DNA of 53,332 nucleotides from a virus. Lineage: Duplodnaviria > Caudoviricetes. The stretch covers positions 1 to 53,332 of IMG/VR virus record IMGVR_UViG_3300031857_000259; one strand, given 5' to 3'. The notes beneath the pieces were generated by a model. That model was not told where the DNA came from. It made no database searches and saw nothing but the letters and a program-made list of their open reading frames with translations. Position 1 is the stretch's first letter; each line of letters begins with the position of its first letter. Positions 11,101 to 20,100 of the stretch are shown in pieces. The translations under genes and the position numbers were made by a program.

Positions 11101-12545
11101 TTCTTGACTCAATTATTGGTAGGACACTTACCTTTGGTAACAGAGTAACTGCTGTAGCTGCTCAGGACTACAGAAGAATCAGAAGATTTGCAGACATTAC
11201 TTATAGTGGTGTCTATAACTTTGAGTCTAATGTAAATAAGCTGAACGAGTTTAATCTTGGTCTACTTAACTTCAAGTATCTTGAGGTAGCATTTGGTCCT
11301 ATCTTCATACTAGATGGACGTGAGACAGATGTGCTTGTGCTACAGGAGGATAAGATATCTTATGTGCTTGCTAGTAAGAATTTGATTTCTGACTCAGCAG
11401 GTGGAGGAGCTATCTCATCAGTGCCTGAGATACTAGGTACACAGATTGCTAGAACAGAAGAGTTTGGTATTAGCTTTCATCCAGAGAGTTATGTTCAGTG
11501 GGGATACGATAGATTCTTTACTGATGTAAAGCGTGGTGCAGTACTTCAATTGAGAGGGAATGACCTTGCTGTAATATCTGAGATGGGCATGAGGACTTGG
11601 TTTAGAGATGAGTTTATTGAGTCATTCAACACTCAGAAGCTTGGTGGATTTGATCCGTATCTAAATGAGTATGTTCTAAGTACTAACTCTCAAGAGTTGC
11701 CTAGACCATTAGATTGTTTATCATGTGGTATTGGTCAGACATTTACTATCCCAAGTGGTGATACATTTACTTATTGCGTTGACTTAGGTCAGCCAATTGG
11801 TGTTGTTAATATACCATATAGTGTTTCACCTTCTTCTACTGCTGAGTTTACTATATCGGTAACTTACGATGGAGCTACTGAAACTTCTGGTCTTGTAGAT
11901 GAGTCAGGGTCATTGCAGTTTGATAAGGACAAGAATAATGTTAACGTAGCCACAGTTACAATAACAGCAGCAGATCCTCTTGAGATAACTGTAACACCTA
12001 GATGTCCTGTAGAAGAGACACTTACAATTGTTAATGTAACATTGACTAGCGTGGTTGATGCAGGCAAGTTTATCCATAATCAGTACAGATATACTGATGG
12101 AACATTTGTATCACCATTGCAGTCTACTCTTGTTACATTTGCTACAAATGATTCAAGTCCAGTGGTATCTCAATACGATACAATAAATGGGCCAGAGGGA
12201 AGTTCTGGTATACCAACGGGAGGATCTACCTTACAGATTATATCGAATAAGATTGATTTTGATACATTTGATTTTGTATTAGGTCAAGATAAGTTTAGAT
12301 ATTTGCGTAGTAATACCTTATATCCAAATACTTCTGTAGGTATTTCAAACTTACTTGCAGCATCTTCATTGGTTTCACCAATAACAGGTAGTGCAGGATT
12401 ATTCTCAGGTTCATTTACTGTGCCTAGCAGTGGTGATTATCTTTATCTAATTTGGGATTACAGAAATTCATTGCCTGTAACTCTTTGTTATTCTAATACA
12501 ACTACTCAAGACGCATGCTGCGGCTGCGAAGAAGAACCAAGTTAA
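8139..12545 (+). CDS. Tail nozzle/muzzle ('stabilisation') protein, N-terminal part with insertion domains
   Basis: 1468 aa. Starts NFIAGRMNKVVDERLIPDGEYIDALNIR and contains FAYRY, GNRLMYGNY and FGISFHPES, motifs of crAss-like/P22 gp10-like beta-propeller nozzles. Confidence 0.7.
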   Translation: MTNITRNFIAGRMNKVVDERLIPDGEYIDALNIRMGSTENSEIGVIENTKGNSRLTTIKYVDGTPLSSSARCIGTIADNTSETIYWFIHDSNFGVGATGKLDMIVSFNVYNNILTYHVISINDGDGDNTTLNFNPGYLITGINIIDDLIFFTDDYNPPRFINRLKNYPDPVGNIDQFSAESILVIKRPPVESPGVTLINTGNQNDFLENRYICFAYRYLYEDGEYSATSQWSAPAFQPKPFDFSINSYLNEGMQNQFNAARVTYNTGGPLVVGIDLLFKDTTSNVIKVIEKLNKADLGLADNLNRTYTFTNSKIFTILPESELLRLYDNVPLLAKAQTIMGNRLMYGNYVEGYDMIDVNGNPINLEYSVDLISEEIGTTEVTDSLGSGTYNFGPPQTIPGAVVYLDLSPFELVTGASITADITFEHEGFAGDTPFPSETTDSTSINFSFVLPRSYASVYELATSVEFQDAIGISSNIEPVVDSCNGTTFTDQFNCSLLQNLDALDKYQSGISAAGQGIGIITSPASQSIGLQLLAMRYVDDTTTPTFSVYEYYQYNAVNAFYQKINSPRSLHSNRGYEIGIVYMDDFNRSTTALVSPNNTVHVPCSASDTKNSIQVTIPPTQKVPYWATRYKFVIKPDEENYDTIYSSIFFNDPLTNNVFFLLEGENARKVQQGDRLIVKADTNGPTQNCVYTTVLEKESQVEGFIEIPSELDPSVNIPVPAGVYIKILPNNFSVVKEQDDIIAPGTIQVDENNGGDYPILKYPMNVYNGTTWVDYTVPAGSRIKINLKFQRLGVGKGNGDCETRIYTLEKTMIASADYDNMVSWFEGDNVQVVLNEGVQDVGGDGCEIDNEYITGVYDYPPGSATDAISDPATCTNKYRFARNTTTNELSLVISGTVRCTGTLAREKRRSTIIATFEVFRADSIIIFETEPSDALPDVFFENDLSLPIVNGYHGGNVQTQTALLPAIIDTNFFNCFAFGNGAESYKILDSIIGRTLTFGNRVTAVAAQDYRRIRRFADITYSGVYNFESNVNKLNEFNLGLLNFKYLEVAFGPIFILDGRETDVLVLQEDKISYVLASKNLISDSAGGGAISSVPEILGTQIARTEEFGISFHPESYVQWGYDRFFTDVKRGAVLQLRGNDLAVISEMGMRTWFRDEFIESFNTQKLGGFDPYLNEYVLSTNSQELPRPLDCLSCGIGQTFTIPSGDTFTYCVDLGQPIGVVNIPYSVSPSSTAEFTISVTYDGATETSGLVDESGSLQFDKDKNNVNVATVTITAADPLEITVTPRCPVEETLTIVNVTLTSVVDAGKFIHNQYRYTDGTFVSPLQSTLVTFATNDSSPVVSQYDTINGPEGSSGIPTGGSTLQIISNKIDFDTFDFVLGQDKFRYLRSNTLYPNTSVGISNLLAASSLVSPITGSAGLFSGSFTVPSSGDYLYLIWDYRNSLPVTLCYSNTTTQDACCGCEEEPS

Positions 12546-12546
12546 T

Positions 12547-13467
12547 ATGGCAACATCATCAACATACTATTTAGATGCCCCATCACTTAGCAGTGCTACC
12601 GTGGTATACTCAAATGCTGCGCTAACTACAGTCGCTGCAAATGGGTTCTACTCTGATGGAGCTATAGTAAGAGAGCAAGTATCAGGAGTGCTATTGCCTC
12701 AGCAAACTTGCCCTTCTTGTGCTGTCCCTTGTGGTGGTACAATAAGCGAAAGTGGAAGTCAGGGCATATATTATCTTAATACTGATTTAGGTACAGATAT
12801 TGGAGCAGTAATTATTGAGTTTGATCCTCAAAGTGTTCCAGATGGAATATTAGCAGTGTACGATAGTATTGCATATAATGGATTATCTTCACCTTCTTTT
12901 GGGTGGCTTCAAGGTACACCAAGCCTACCTACTTATATAGGATCTTCATCTAGTCCTTGTAGTAGTACAATTGTTTCTGGCTCACCATATAATTTAAATG
13001 AATTTCAATATGATGGGTCTTCATTTGTTCCATTAGGAACTGCAATTAGTGTAACTGTAACTTCGGGTCAAATGGCGTTGACTGGTTCAGGGCCTGGTAA
13101 TTGTGTGATGGTTATACCAAAGACAACTGCATCTCCATCTATTATAAACCTAACATTTATTGGTCCATGCACAGGAACTGTATTTGATGTTTCAGTATCA
13201 TGTCCAGCTGCGTTGACATCATTTGCATCTAGCACTATTAATGCAAGTAGTGCATTAGCTTGTGCTGATACTATTGACCAAACATACTACGTGGCTCACG
13301 TTACTGGGTCTGGGGGTAATTTAAGTTTGTATGATTTAGTTTTTAGTGACCCTAATGGTGAGTTTAAACTTGGTGCAGGTTACTATAAGACTAATGATGC
13401 AGGCTTATATGAGTGGTATCAAGTGGATTCCAATGGCGTAATTATTTTATTCGGATTTTGTCCTTAA
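12547..13467 (+). CDS. Ser/Thr/Cys-rich beta-structured virion protein (putative nozzle-associated or adhesin)
   Basis: 306 aa, S/T/G-rich with several Cys and almost no basic residues; lies inside the tail operon. Confidence 0.5.
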   Translation: MATSSTYYLDAPSLSSATVVYSNAALTTVAANGFYSDGAIVREQVSGVLLPQQTCPSCAVPCGGTISESGSQGIYYLNTDLGTDIGAVIIEFDPQSVPDGILAVYDSIAYNGLSSPSFGWLQGTPSLPTYIGSSSSPCSSTIVSGSPYNLNEFQYDGSSFVPLGTAISVTVTSGQMALTGSGPGNCVMVIPKTTASPSIINLTFIGPCTGTVFDVSVSCPAALTSFASSTINASSALACADTIDQTYYVAHVTGSGGNLSLYDLVFSDPNGEFKLGAGYYKTNDAGLYEWYQVDSNGVIILFGFCP

Positions 13468-13472
13468 TAACT

Positions 13473-14279
13473 ATGGCAAACTATACACTATCATATAGCG
13501 AATCGGCCCAGGGGTGGCCATCATTCTACTCCTTCATTCCTGACTACATGATTGGGATGAACAACTACTTCTATACATTTAAGGGAGGGAACTTGTATCG
13601 TCACAATGTGAATGAGACCAGGAATAACTTCTATGGAACTCAGTATAACTCTAGGCTTCAGAGCGTATTCAACGTATCCCCTCTTGAGAATAAGATATTT
13701 AAGACTCTTAATTTAGAGGGTAATCAAAGCTGGGCAACGCTGATGGAGACAGACATTCAAACCTCAGGCTTCATTGAGTCTGCTTGGTATGAGAAGAAGG
13801 AGGCATCATGGTTTGCATTTGTACGTAACGCAGGTACGGTACCAGCACAGCCATCAGAGTATGCGCTTAGATCAGTGAATGGCATTGGCTTAAGTCAGAA
13901 CATAGTAGGAGGCGCATCATCACTACAGGTATTGTTTCCTATAGCTCCTGACTTGACTGAGATTGGAAGCATCGTAAGTGTAGGGGACTACCTATACTAC
14001 AGCCTACCTCCTAGCTACAGCACACCGGTGTTATGTGGTCAGATTACAAGCATTGTGGTAGACTATTTAACAGGGAACAACAAGATAGTTGTAAATGCAT
14101 TAATCGCTGGGGGTAGTATACCTCCAATAACTGACCCGTTCTTTATGTATATTAAGGGGTCCGTAGCTGAGTCTCATGGTGTACTAGGACATTATTGTAT
14201 ATTTACACTAGAGAACAACAGCACTACTAAGGTTGAGCTATTTGCAGTTGAGTCTGAAGTAATGAAAAGTTATCCTTAA
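13473..14279 (+). CDS. Tail nozzle C-terminal-like protein (start revised to ATG 13473)
   Basis: MANYTLSYSESAQGWPSFYSFIP...KIFKTLNLEG...KVELFAVES resembles the C-terminal blades of the nozzle family. Confidence 0.6.
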   Translation: MANYTLSYSESAQGWPSFYSFIPDYMIGMNNYFYTFKGGNLYRHNVNETRNNFYGTQYNSRLQSVFNVSPLENKIFKTLNLEGNQSWATLMETDIQTSGFIESAWYEKKEASWFAFVRNAGTVPAQPSEYALRSVNGIGLSQNIVGGASSLQVLFPIAPDLTEIGSIVSVGDYLYYSLPPSYSTPVLCGQITSIVVDYLTGNNKIVVNALIAGGSIPPITDPFFMYIKGSVAESHGVLGHYCIFTLENNSTTKVELFAVESEVMKSYP

Positions 14280-14284
14280 ATTTG
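14277..14284 (+). promoter_or_regulatory. -7 promoter box (TAAATTTG) for the GNAT/ejection operon
   Basis: TAnnTTTG overlapping the upstream stop codon, 5 nt before ATG 14290. Confidence 0.45.
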
Positions 14285-14289
14285 CATTC

Positions 14290-14700
14290 ATGGGGATCTT
14301 AGTAAGGCAACTAAATGCAAATGACTACGATGACATCCTAGTAAAGTGGTGGCAAGGATGGGGATGGAATCCCCCTAGCAGGGACTTCTTACCTGATGAT
14401 GGCACTGGTGGTCTAATTGTATTCGATGGTGATGAGCCAGTATGTGCTGGGTTTATTTACACCATGAACGCAAAGGTTGCTTGGGTTGAGTGGATAGTAT
14501 CCAACAAGGAGTACAGAAAGAAGCCAACAAGAAAAGAGGCATTAAATCTTCTTATCTTTACATTAACTAAAATTTGTGAGAATAAGGGGGCTAAGTATAT
14601 TTTCTCAAACAATAATAATAAATATTTGATTGATCTCTTTGTGGGCATGGGGTTCATAAAGGGATGCACAAATTCCACAGAACTAATAAAAGTATTGTAA
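14290..14700 (+). CDS. GNAT-like acetyltransferase preceding the ejection proteins
   Basis: 136 aa with a GNAT-like pattern (VRQL..D...GLIV...CAGF..AWVEWIVSN...LFVGMGF); this is the usual position before internal virion proteins in podoviruses. Confidence 0.6.
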   Translation: MGILVRQLNANDYDDILVKWWQGWGWNPPSRDFLPDDGTGGLIVFDGDEPVCAGFIYTMNAKVAWVEWIVSNKEYRKKPTRKEALNLLIFTLTKICENKGAKYIFSNNNNKYLIDLFVGMGFIKGCTNSTELIKVL

Positions 14701-14701
14701 C

Positions 14702-15631
14702 ATGGGACTAGAGACCGGAGCAATTATTGCTATATCAACATCACTAGCAAGCGCAGGGGCTTCTGCTAAACAGGCATCTAATGCAGCTGGATTTGCTAAG
14801 GACGCAAAAAAAGAATCAGAATTAGCTTTTAAAAGAGCTATGAATGAGCTGACTGCAAATAAGTTTGCAGGACTTAGTCTTCCAAAAGAAGCCTATGAAC
14901 TTGAGCGTGAAGCGATGTTATCATCAGGTGCTCAGGCTATTGAGGCAGGAAGAGAGAGTGAACGTGGAGCTGCTGCAACCGCAGGCCGTGTTCAGATGGC
15001 TCAGCAAGAAGGGCAGAGACAGATAGCTGGGGCTATGGGCGAAGAGCTTATGAAGCTAGAAGGGCTTACTGCACAGGAGGAAGCTAGACTTGCATCTCAA
15101 AGAGCAAACCTTGAGTTGGCTCAGGCAGAAGGTGCACAGGTTGCTGCTGCTCAATTTGGTGCGCAGAGTGATGCTGCTATAACTGGAGCGTTCTCATCAT
15201 TAGCAAGTGCAGGTCAGCAGTACATGGAAGGAGCTGAATTATATAAGAAAAATGAAGGTGCTAGAGAACTACAGAAACTTAATAGGGAGTATGACAAGGC
15301 TGCTAAGGGTGGTACTTTAGGTGGAAGATTTAAAGATGCAGATGGTAAGGCTTTGCCATTTAATCAGGCTTTATTAAGAATGGAGGGATACGATAAGGAC
15401 TTGGCTAAGATTGCAGACATGACTGATTTTGAGCAGAAATCTTATTTGGCTGATAGACCTGAGTTAATTAGAGAATTAAATAACTTAGGGTTTGGAAGTA
15501 ATAAAGAATATGTAGTTCAAGCACCAGCACAACAAGGATTTAGAGTTGGTACTTCTAACTTAGCTCCTAATAATCTTAGTAACATTCAGTTCAATACAGG
15601 TTTGCAATCTCCATTTTACAGAGGATTTTAA
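14702..15631 (+). CDS. Internal virion/ejection protein 1
   Basis: 309 aa, Ala/Gln/Gly-rich and helical, with a hydrophobic N-terminus (MGLETGAIIAISTSLASAGA); T7 gp14-like position. Confidence 0.6.
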   Translation: MGLETGAIIAISTSLASAGASAKQASNAAGFAKDAKKESELAFKRAMNELTANKFAGLSLPKEAYELEREAMLSSGAQAIEAGRESERGAAATAGRVQMAQQEGQRQIAGAMGEELMKLEGLTAQEEARLASQRANLELAQAEGAQVAAAQFGAQSDAAITGAFSSLASAGQQYMEGAELYKKNEGARELQKLNREYDKAAKGGTLGGRFKDADGKALPFNQALLRMEGYDKDLAKIADMTDFEQKSYLADRPELIRELNNLGFGSNKEYVVQAPAQQGFRVGTSNLAPNNLSNIQFNTGLQSPFYRGF

Positions 15632-15634
15632 GAT

Positions 15635-17122
15635 ATGGCAAGCTACTACAAATTCGCTGAGAGGCAGGCTGACAGTTTTGTAAACTGGGCAGAGATTGGT
15701 AAGGGTATTACTGACATGATCCAAACGGGAGTTGAAATCCGTGAACAGAAGAAGGCAGCTATCGACCAGGCTACTAGAGATAATCTCAAGAAGGTGGCTG
15801 AGGCTCCTGTTGGTGCACATGAGGGATTGAATACATGGACCCTAAACTATGCAGATAGTGCAAGAGAGGCAATCCTATTGCAGGATAAGTTGCTTAAGCA
15901 GGGCATGTTGAAGTTGAAGGACTATACTGTCATGCGACAGAACTTAAACGATGGCACTGATGAATTGTTTGGTGTCATTAAGAACTTCCAGAATACATTT
16001 AAGGAGAAGAGAGATAGACTAATAAGTAATGATCCAAAGAATAAGTCTCAACAAATTGAGATGGACTTGATGGCATACACTGAGCAGTTTGCTGACTTCT
16101 CTAAGTCTGCTGCTATTATTGACCCAAGAAACTTTAGTGTTAATGTTGGCCTAATGGAGCCTGATCCTGAGAACCAGGGTGTAATGAAGGTTGGTAAGAC
16201 AATTGCTACAGCTAGTTTCCTAAGGAAGATCCAGGATACCAAAGTAGATTACTTTGATGCTGATTCTGCTGCTGATTCAATTAGTAAAAGCATGGGCAAA
16301 TATGTTAGAACTACTATTGCTGAAATGAGTAGAGTTCAAGGAAAATTAATTACCAAGGAGGGTATTAAAAATAGTCCTGAATATAAAGAAATTATTAAGA
16401 CTTCTTTGAAAAGTGTATTTTCAAATCCATTTAATATGACTTCGATACTTACTGAGAACCTTATTCAAGACGATAAGGGAAGACCTTATGTATCAAGTAT
16501 ATCTGGGAAAGAAGGGAATGTAATTCAATTAAAGTTTAACCCTGCTACAAATTACTATGAACCAGAGTTAAATGAAGAGCAAAAGAATGCTGTTATAAAT
16601 TATATGACAGAGCTAATTGATATTAGACTTGATGATATTCAGAAGGAGGATCCATTCAATTACCCAACACAACCAAAAGGTGAGGCGGCACCAACTACTA
16701 GTGGTGGAGATTTTGAGTCAAAAAAGCAAGGCGTTAAAAATGATTTAATAAATATATCTAAAACTTTTAAACAGGGGGATTACCCATCAACAGTATTCCA
16801 GCCAAGCGTAGAAACTACACGAGAAAATTTACAAAAGCTATTCAGTTCTAGTCCATCTACTTCTGCTAAATATAAAGTAAAAACAATGGCTACTGATCCA
16901 GAAGATGTAAAAAGTAAAAACCTAGTTGTTGTAACAGATAATAATAATAACTTAGTGGTAAGTTACGATATAAAAAAAGTACCTCTTTCACTAGAAGGTA
17001 GAAGAGGATTTGATGCAGATGTAATTGATAAAGTAATTAACACTGAATTTGAGAGATTAATCCCTGGATCATTCTTAAATACAGGTGGACAACAATCAGG
17101 AACATCACTACCATCCAGATAA
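15635..17122 (+). CDS. Internal virion/ejection protein 2
   Basis: 495 aa, helical, between ejection protein 1 and the giant protein. Confidence 0.55.
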   Translation: MASYYKFAERQADSFVNWAEIGKGITDMIQTGVEIREQKKAAIDQATRDNLKKVAEAPVGAHEGLNTWTLNYADSAREAILLQDKLLKQGMLKLKDYTVMRQNLNDGTDELFGVIKNFQNTFKEKRDRLISNDPKNKSQQIEMDLMAYTEQFADFSKSAAIIDPRNFSVNVGLMEPDPENQGVMKVGKTIATASFLRKIQDTKVDYFDADSAADSISKSMGKYVRTTIAEMSRVQGKLITKEGIKNSPEYKEIIKTSLKSVFSNPFNMTSILTENLIQDDKGRPYVSSISGKEGNVIQLKFNPATNYYEPELNEEQKNAVINYMTELIDIRLDDIQKEDPFNYPTQPKGEAAPTTSGGDFESKKQGVKNDLINISKTFKQGDYPSTVFQPSVETTRENLQKLFSSSPSTSAKYKVKTMATDPEDVKSKNLVVVTDNNNNLVVSYDIKKVPLSLEGRRGFDADVIDKVINTEFERLIPGSFLNTGGQQSGTSLPSR

Positions 17123-17132
17123 TAAATAAAAA

Positions 17133-20100
17133 ATGGAAGAGCAATTACTAAAAGAATACGTTGGCACCTATCTTAATCCTAAGTACAACGGTGATTGGGA
17201 TGTAGTTAATTCAAAGTTCCCTGAATTGTCTGGAGTTGATAAGGAGATTTTAAAAGAATATGTTGGGACCTATCTCAACCCTAAATATAATGGAGACTGG
17301 AATGTAGTAAACTCGAAGTTCCCTGAGTTATTCCCAGCAGGTAAATCTTCTGCTGAAAGACCTGTAGCACAGAAACCTTCCGAGCCAGTAAAAAAAAAAG
17401 ATACGGTATCACCATTTGTGGATGGTGGTTCGGAGCTTACAAAGTTTGACCCACGTACTGGTCAGGTTGTACAGGATACCCCTGAGTTTGCCACAGCTAA
17501 GCCTGAGGTAAAGGTCCCGGAGCAGAAGCTACCAGCACGTACTGAGTTTCAGTTCCAGCCAGGAAAGCCATTGCCTGAACAGAAGACAGCACCACTTCCT
17601 AAGTTTGTTGAGGAGCAGTTATCTGCTGTTAAGCCAGAACTTATAGGTAAGACTGAAGAGAATGTTGTACCACAACTTAAGTATCAGTTCGGTCCACTAG
17701 GATTTAAGTTCGAGGAGACTAGAGCTGGAGATTACATGATGGCTACATCTCCATCTGGAGAGTCCATTTATATTTCTTTAGACGTTGTAGACAACAAGGA
17801 AAGGGAGGCTGAAGCCAATAAGCTAAATGCATTTTTAAGAAAGGGTGCCACTACTGTAAAGAACTTATCTACTTTACAGAAGCAGTATACAGACGCTAAT
17901 AAAAAGATTGTATCTCAGAAGGAACTTGATGAGTCTCTAGCAAGCATCAATGCAGAGGAGACAAAAATCTTGGCAAGAAACGCTGAGTTTGTTAAGGCCC
18001 AGAATAAACTAGAGGCAGAGAAAGCACAACTAGAAAGTGTTCCTGTACAGCAAAGAAATAATCCAGCTTACATTGCTAGAGTAAATGACTTTATATCAAG
18101 AGCGGATCAGTTTAGCACAGACTTTCAAGCATTTGCAAAAGATACTGAGGACTTATCAAAGAGAAGTCAGCAATTAAATAAGTCTATAGGAAAGTACACT
18201 GAGATGAAAGCTCAGCAAGGGACTTGGTATGGTGCTGGTTTAAATGCCTTTGCTAACAAGTATATTTATGAAGAGGCCAAAGGGCAGGTTGGTGTAGCTA
18301 TTGATTTTATAGGGGAGATAATTTCACTTACTGGATTACCAATAATGAGTCCAGAAAACTATGAGAAAAACTTCATTGAGCAAGCCAAGAAAGAAGGCAT
18401 AAATGTTACTGAAGGTGAAGACTTTATATCATTGGCTAATAAGCTTGATCCTAAAACCCTTGCTAAGATAGAGAATAGAGTTATAGATGCAGGAAAGAAA
18501 AGTGTAAAGGGAGAGATTATAGGTGGTTTAGATAAGGCTTCTAAGACGATTATGGAATCATCAGGGGTTTCTGCTGATTACTACAGGTCGATTGAAGAGA
18601 CACTTGTCGGAGGGGCCTTGCTTGGCACATTATCATCTATACCAGCTATGGCAGGTGGACCATTAATAAGAACAGTATTGATGGGGACTCAAGTGCTATC
18701 AGGTATAGATGCTGAGATGGCTAACGACCCTGAGTTTGCAGACGTATCAGAGAATGAGAAGTACCTTGTTAAGGGTCCTATTGCAGTAGCTGTTGGTGTA
18801 CTAGAAAGCCTTGGCTTAAGTAACTTACTAAACCAGAAAGGCTTCTTGAATGGCTTAGTTCTTAAGGCTCTAGGCAAGGTAGGTAAAGGTGCTAGTTATA
18901 AAACATTCGGTGAAGTAATTAAGAACGAGATTGATAGTGCTGTAGGAAGAGGAGCATTAACTCTAGGAGCTGGCTTCCTAGCTGAGGCTGAGACAGGTGC
19001 GTTACAGGAAGTAGCTACTATTGGCATCAAAGAAATTTATAACATGGCTAAGGAGAAGGAGATGTTTGATACTCCTGATTCTGTAGTTCAGTTTATTGAG
19101 CAGGTTGGTAAGGCTAGTTTACAGGAAGGTATTGGGGCTGGTGTATTAAGTATACCTGGATCTGTATCTGCCGCCTATACTGGCAAGGGATTCTTAGGTA
19201 TGGATGATTCTCAGTTTGCTATGTTTGAAAAGATGGCGAACGACTCAAACATTCAGAAGGGATTCGTTGCTAGACTTAAGACTAGAATTAATAATGGTGA
19301 GATTACTGCTGCTGAAGGAAAAGACATACTTAATAATTACAGAAATTCTGTAGGCTTATTCAACTCATTACCTGAGAACCTTGACATGCAAGGTAAGAAG
19401 GAGGCTATGAACTTGCTTAAGGAGAAGCGTGACTTGGAACGTCAGATTGAGGGCAAGGATCAAGCATTGACAGTACCTCAGCGTAATAGAGTAAACGAAA
19501 TTAATAATCAACTAACTAAACTATCAGAAGATGCCATTCAAAAGCAAGCAGCAGGTGAAGTACCTGTACAGCCAGGAGCCACAGTTAGCGAAGAAGTGGC
19601 GCAAGGAGAACCCCAAGCAGAACCTCAAGGCGTTAGCCAAGAAGGTCAAGAAAAAATAAATGACATTGAAAGCAGAAGACAGGAGGAGCTCAGTGCTTAC
19701 GATGAAGAAGGACTTAATGAAGCTTATTCAGTAGGTAGCGATCAAACTGTAGGTGAGTTTATAAATGCCAAGTATGACACAGAACTAGCTGCATTAGAAC
19801 AACCTACTCAGGAGCTAGACTTAGATGGAGAGGTATCCTTACTTGAGCAGTTACTTGCACAGGAGGAGACTGCACCTACTGTATCCGCTGGTATATCAAT
19901 CTCAAGTGATACTGATGTTGAGGAGTTGAGAAATAGAACTCAGTCAAGATCTCAGCAGGCAACAACACCAGAAGATAAGGAGTCTGCAAATACAAGAGTT
20001 AAGATTATTGATACAGCTAAGAAGGCTATTAATACATTGAAGTCTATCTTACCTAATTTTGATATTGTAATACATGAAGATGAGGGTAGCTACAATGCTG

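Noticed and set aside
14806-14841. A_AAA_AAA in ejection protein 1 as a frameshift site
   Set aside because: The downstream stem is weak, AT-rich and about 10 nt away. It also shows that such runs occur by chance, which tempers the two reported candidates.
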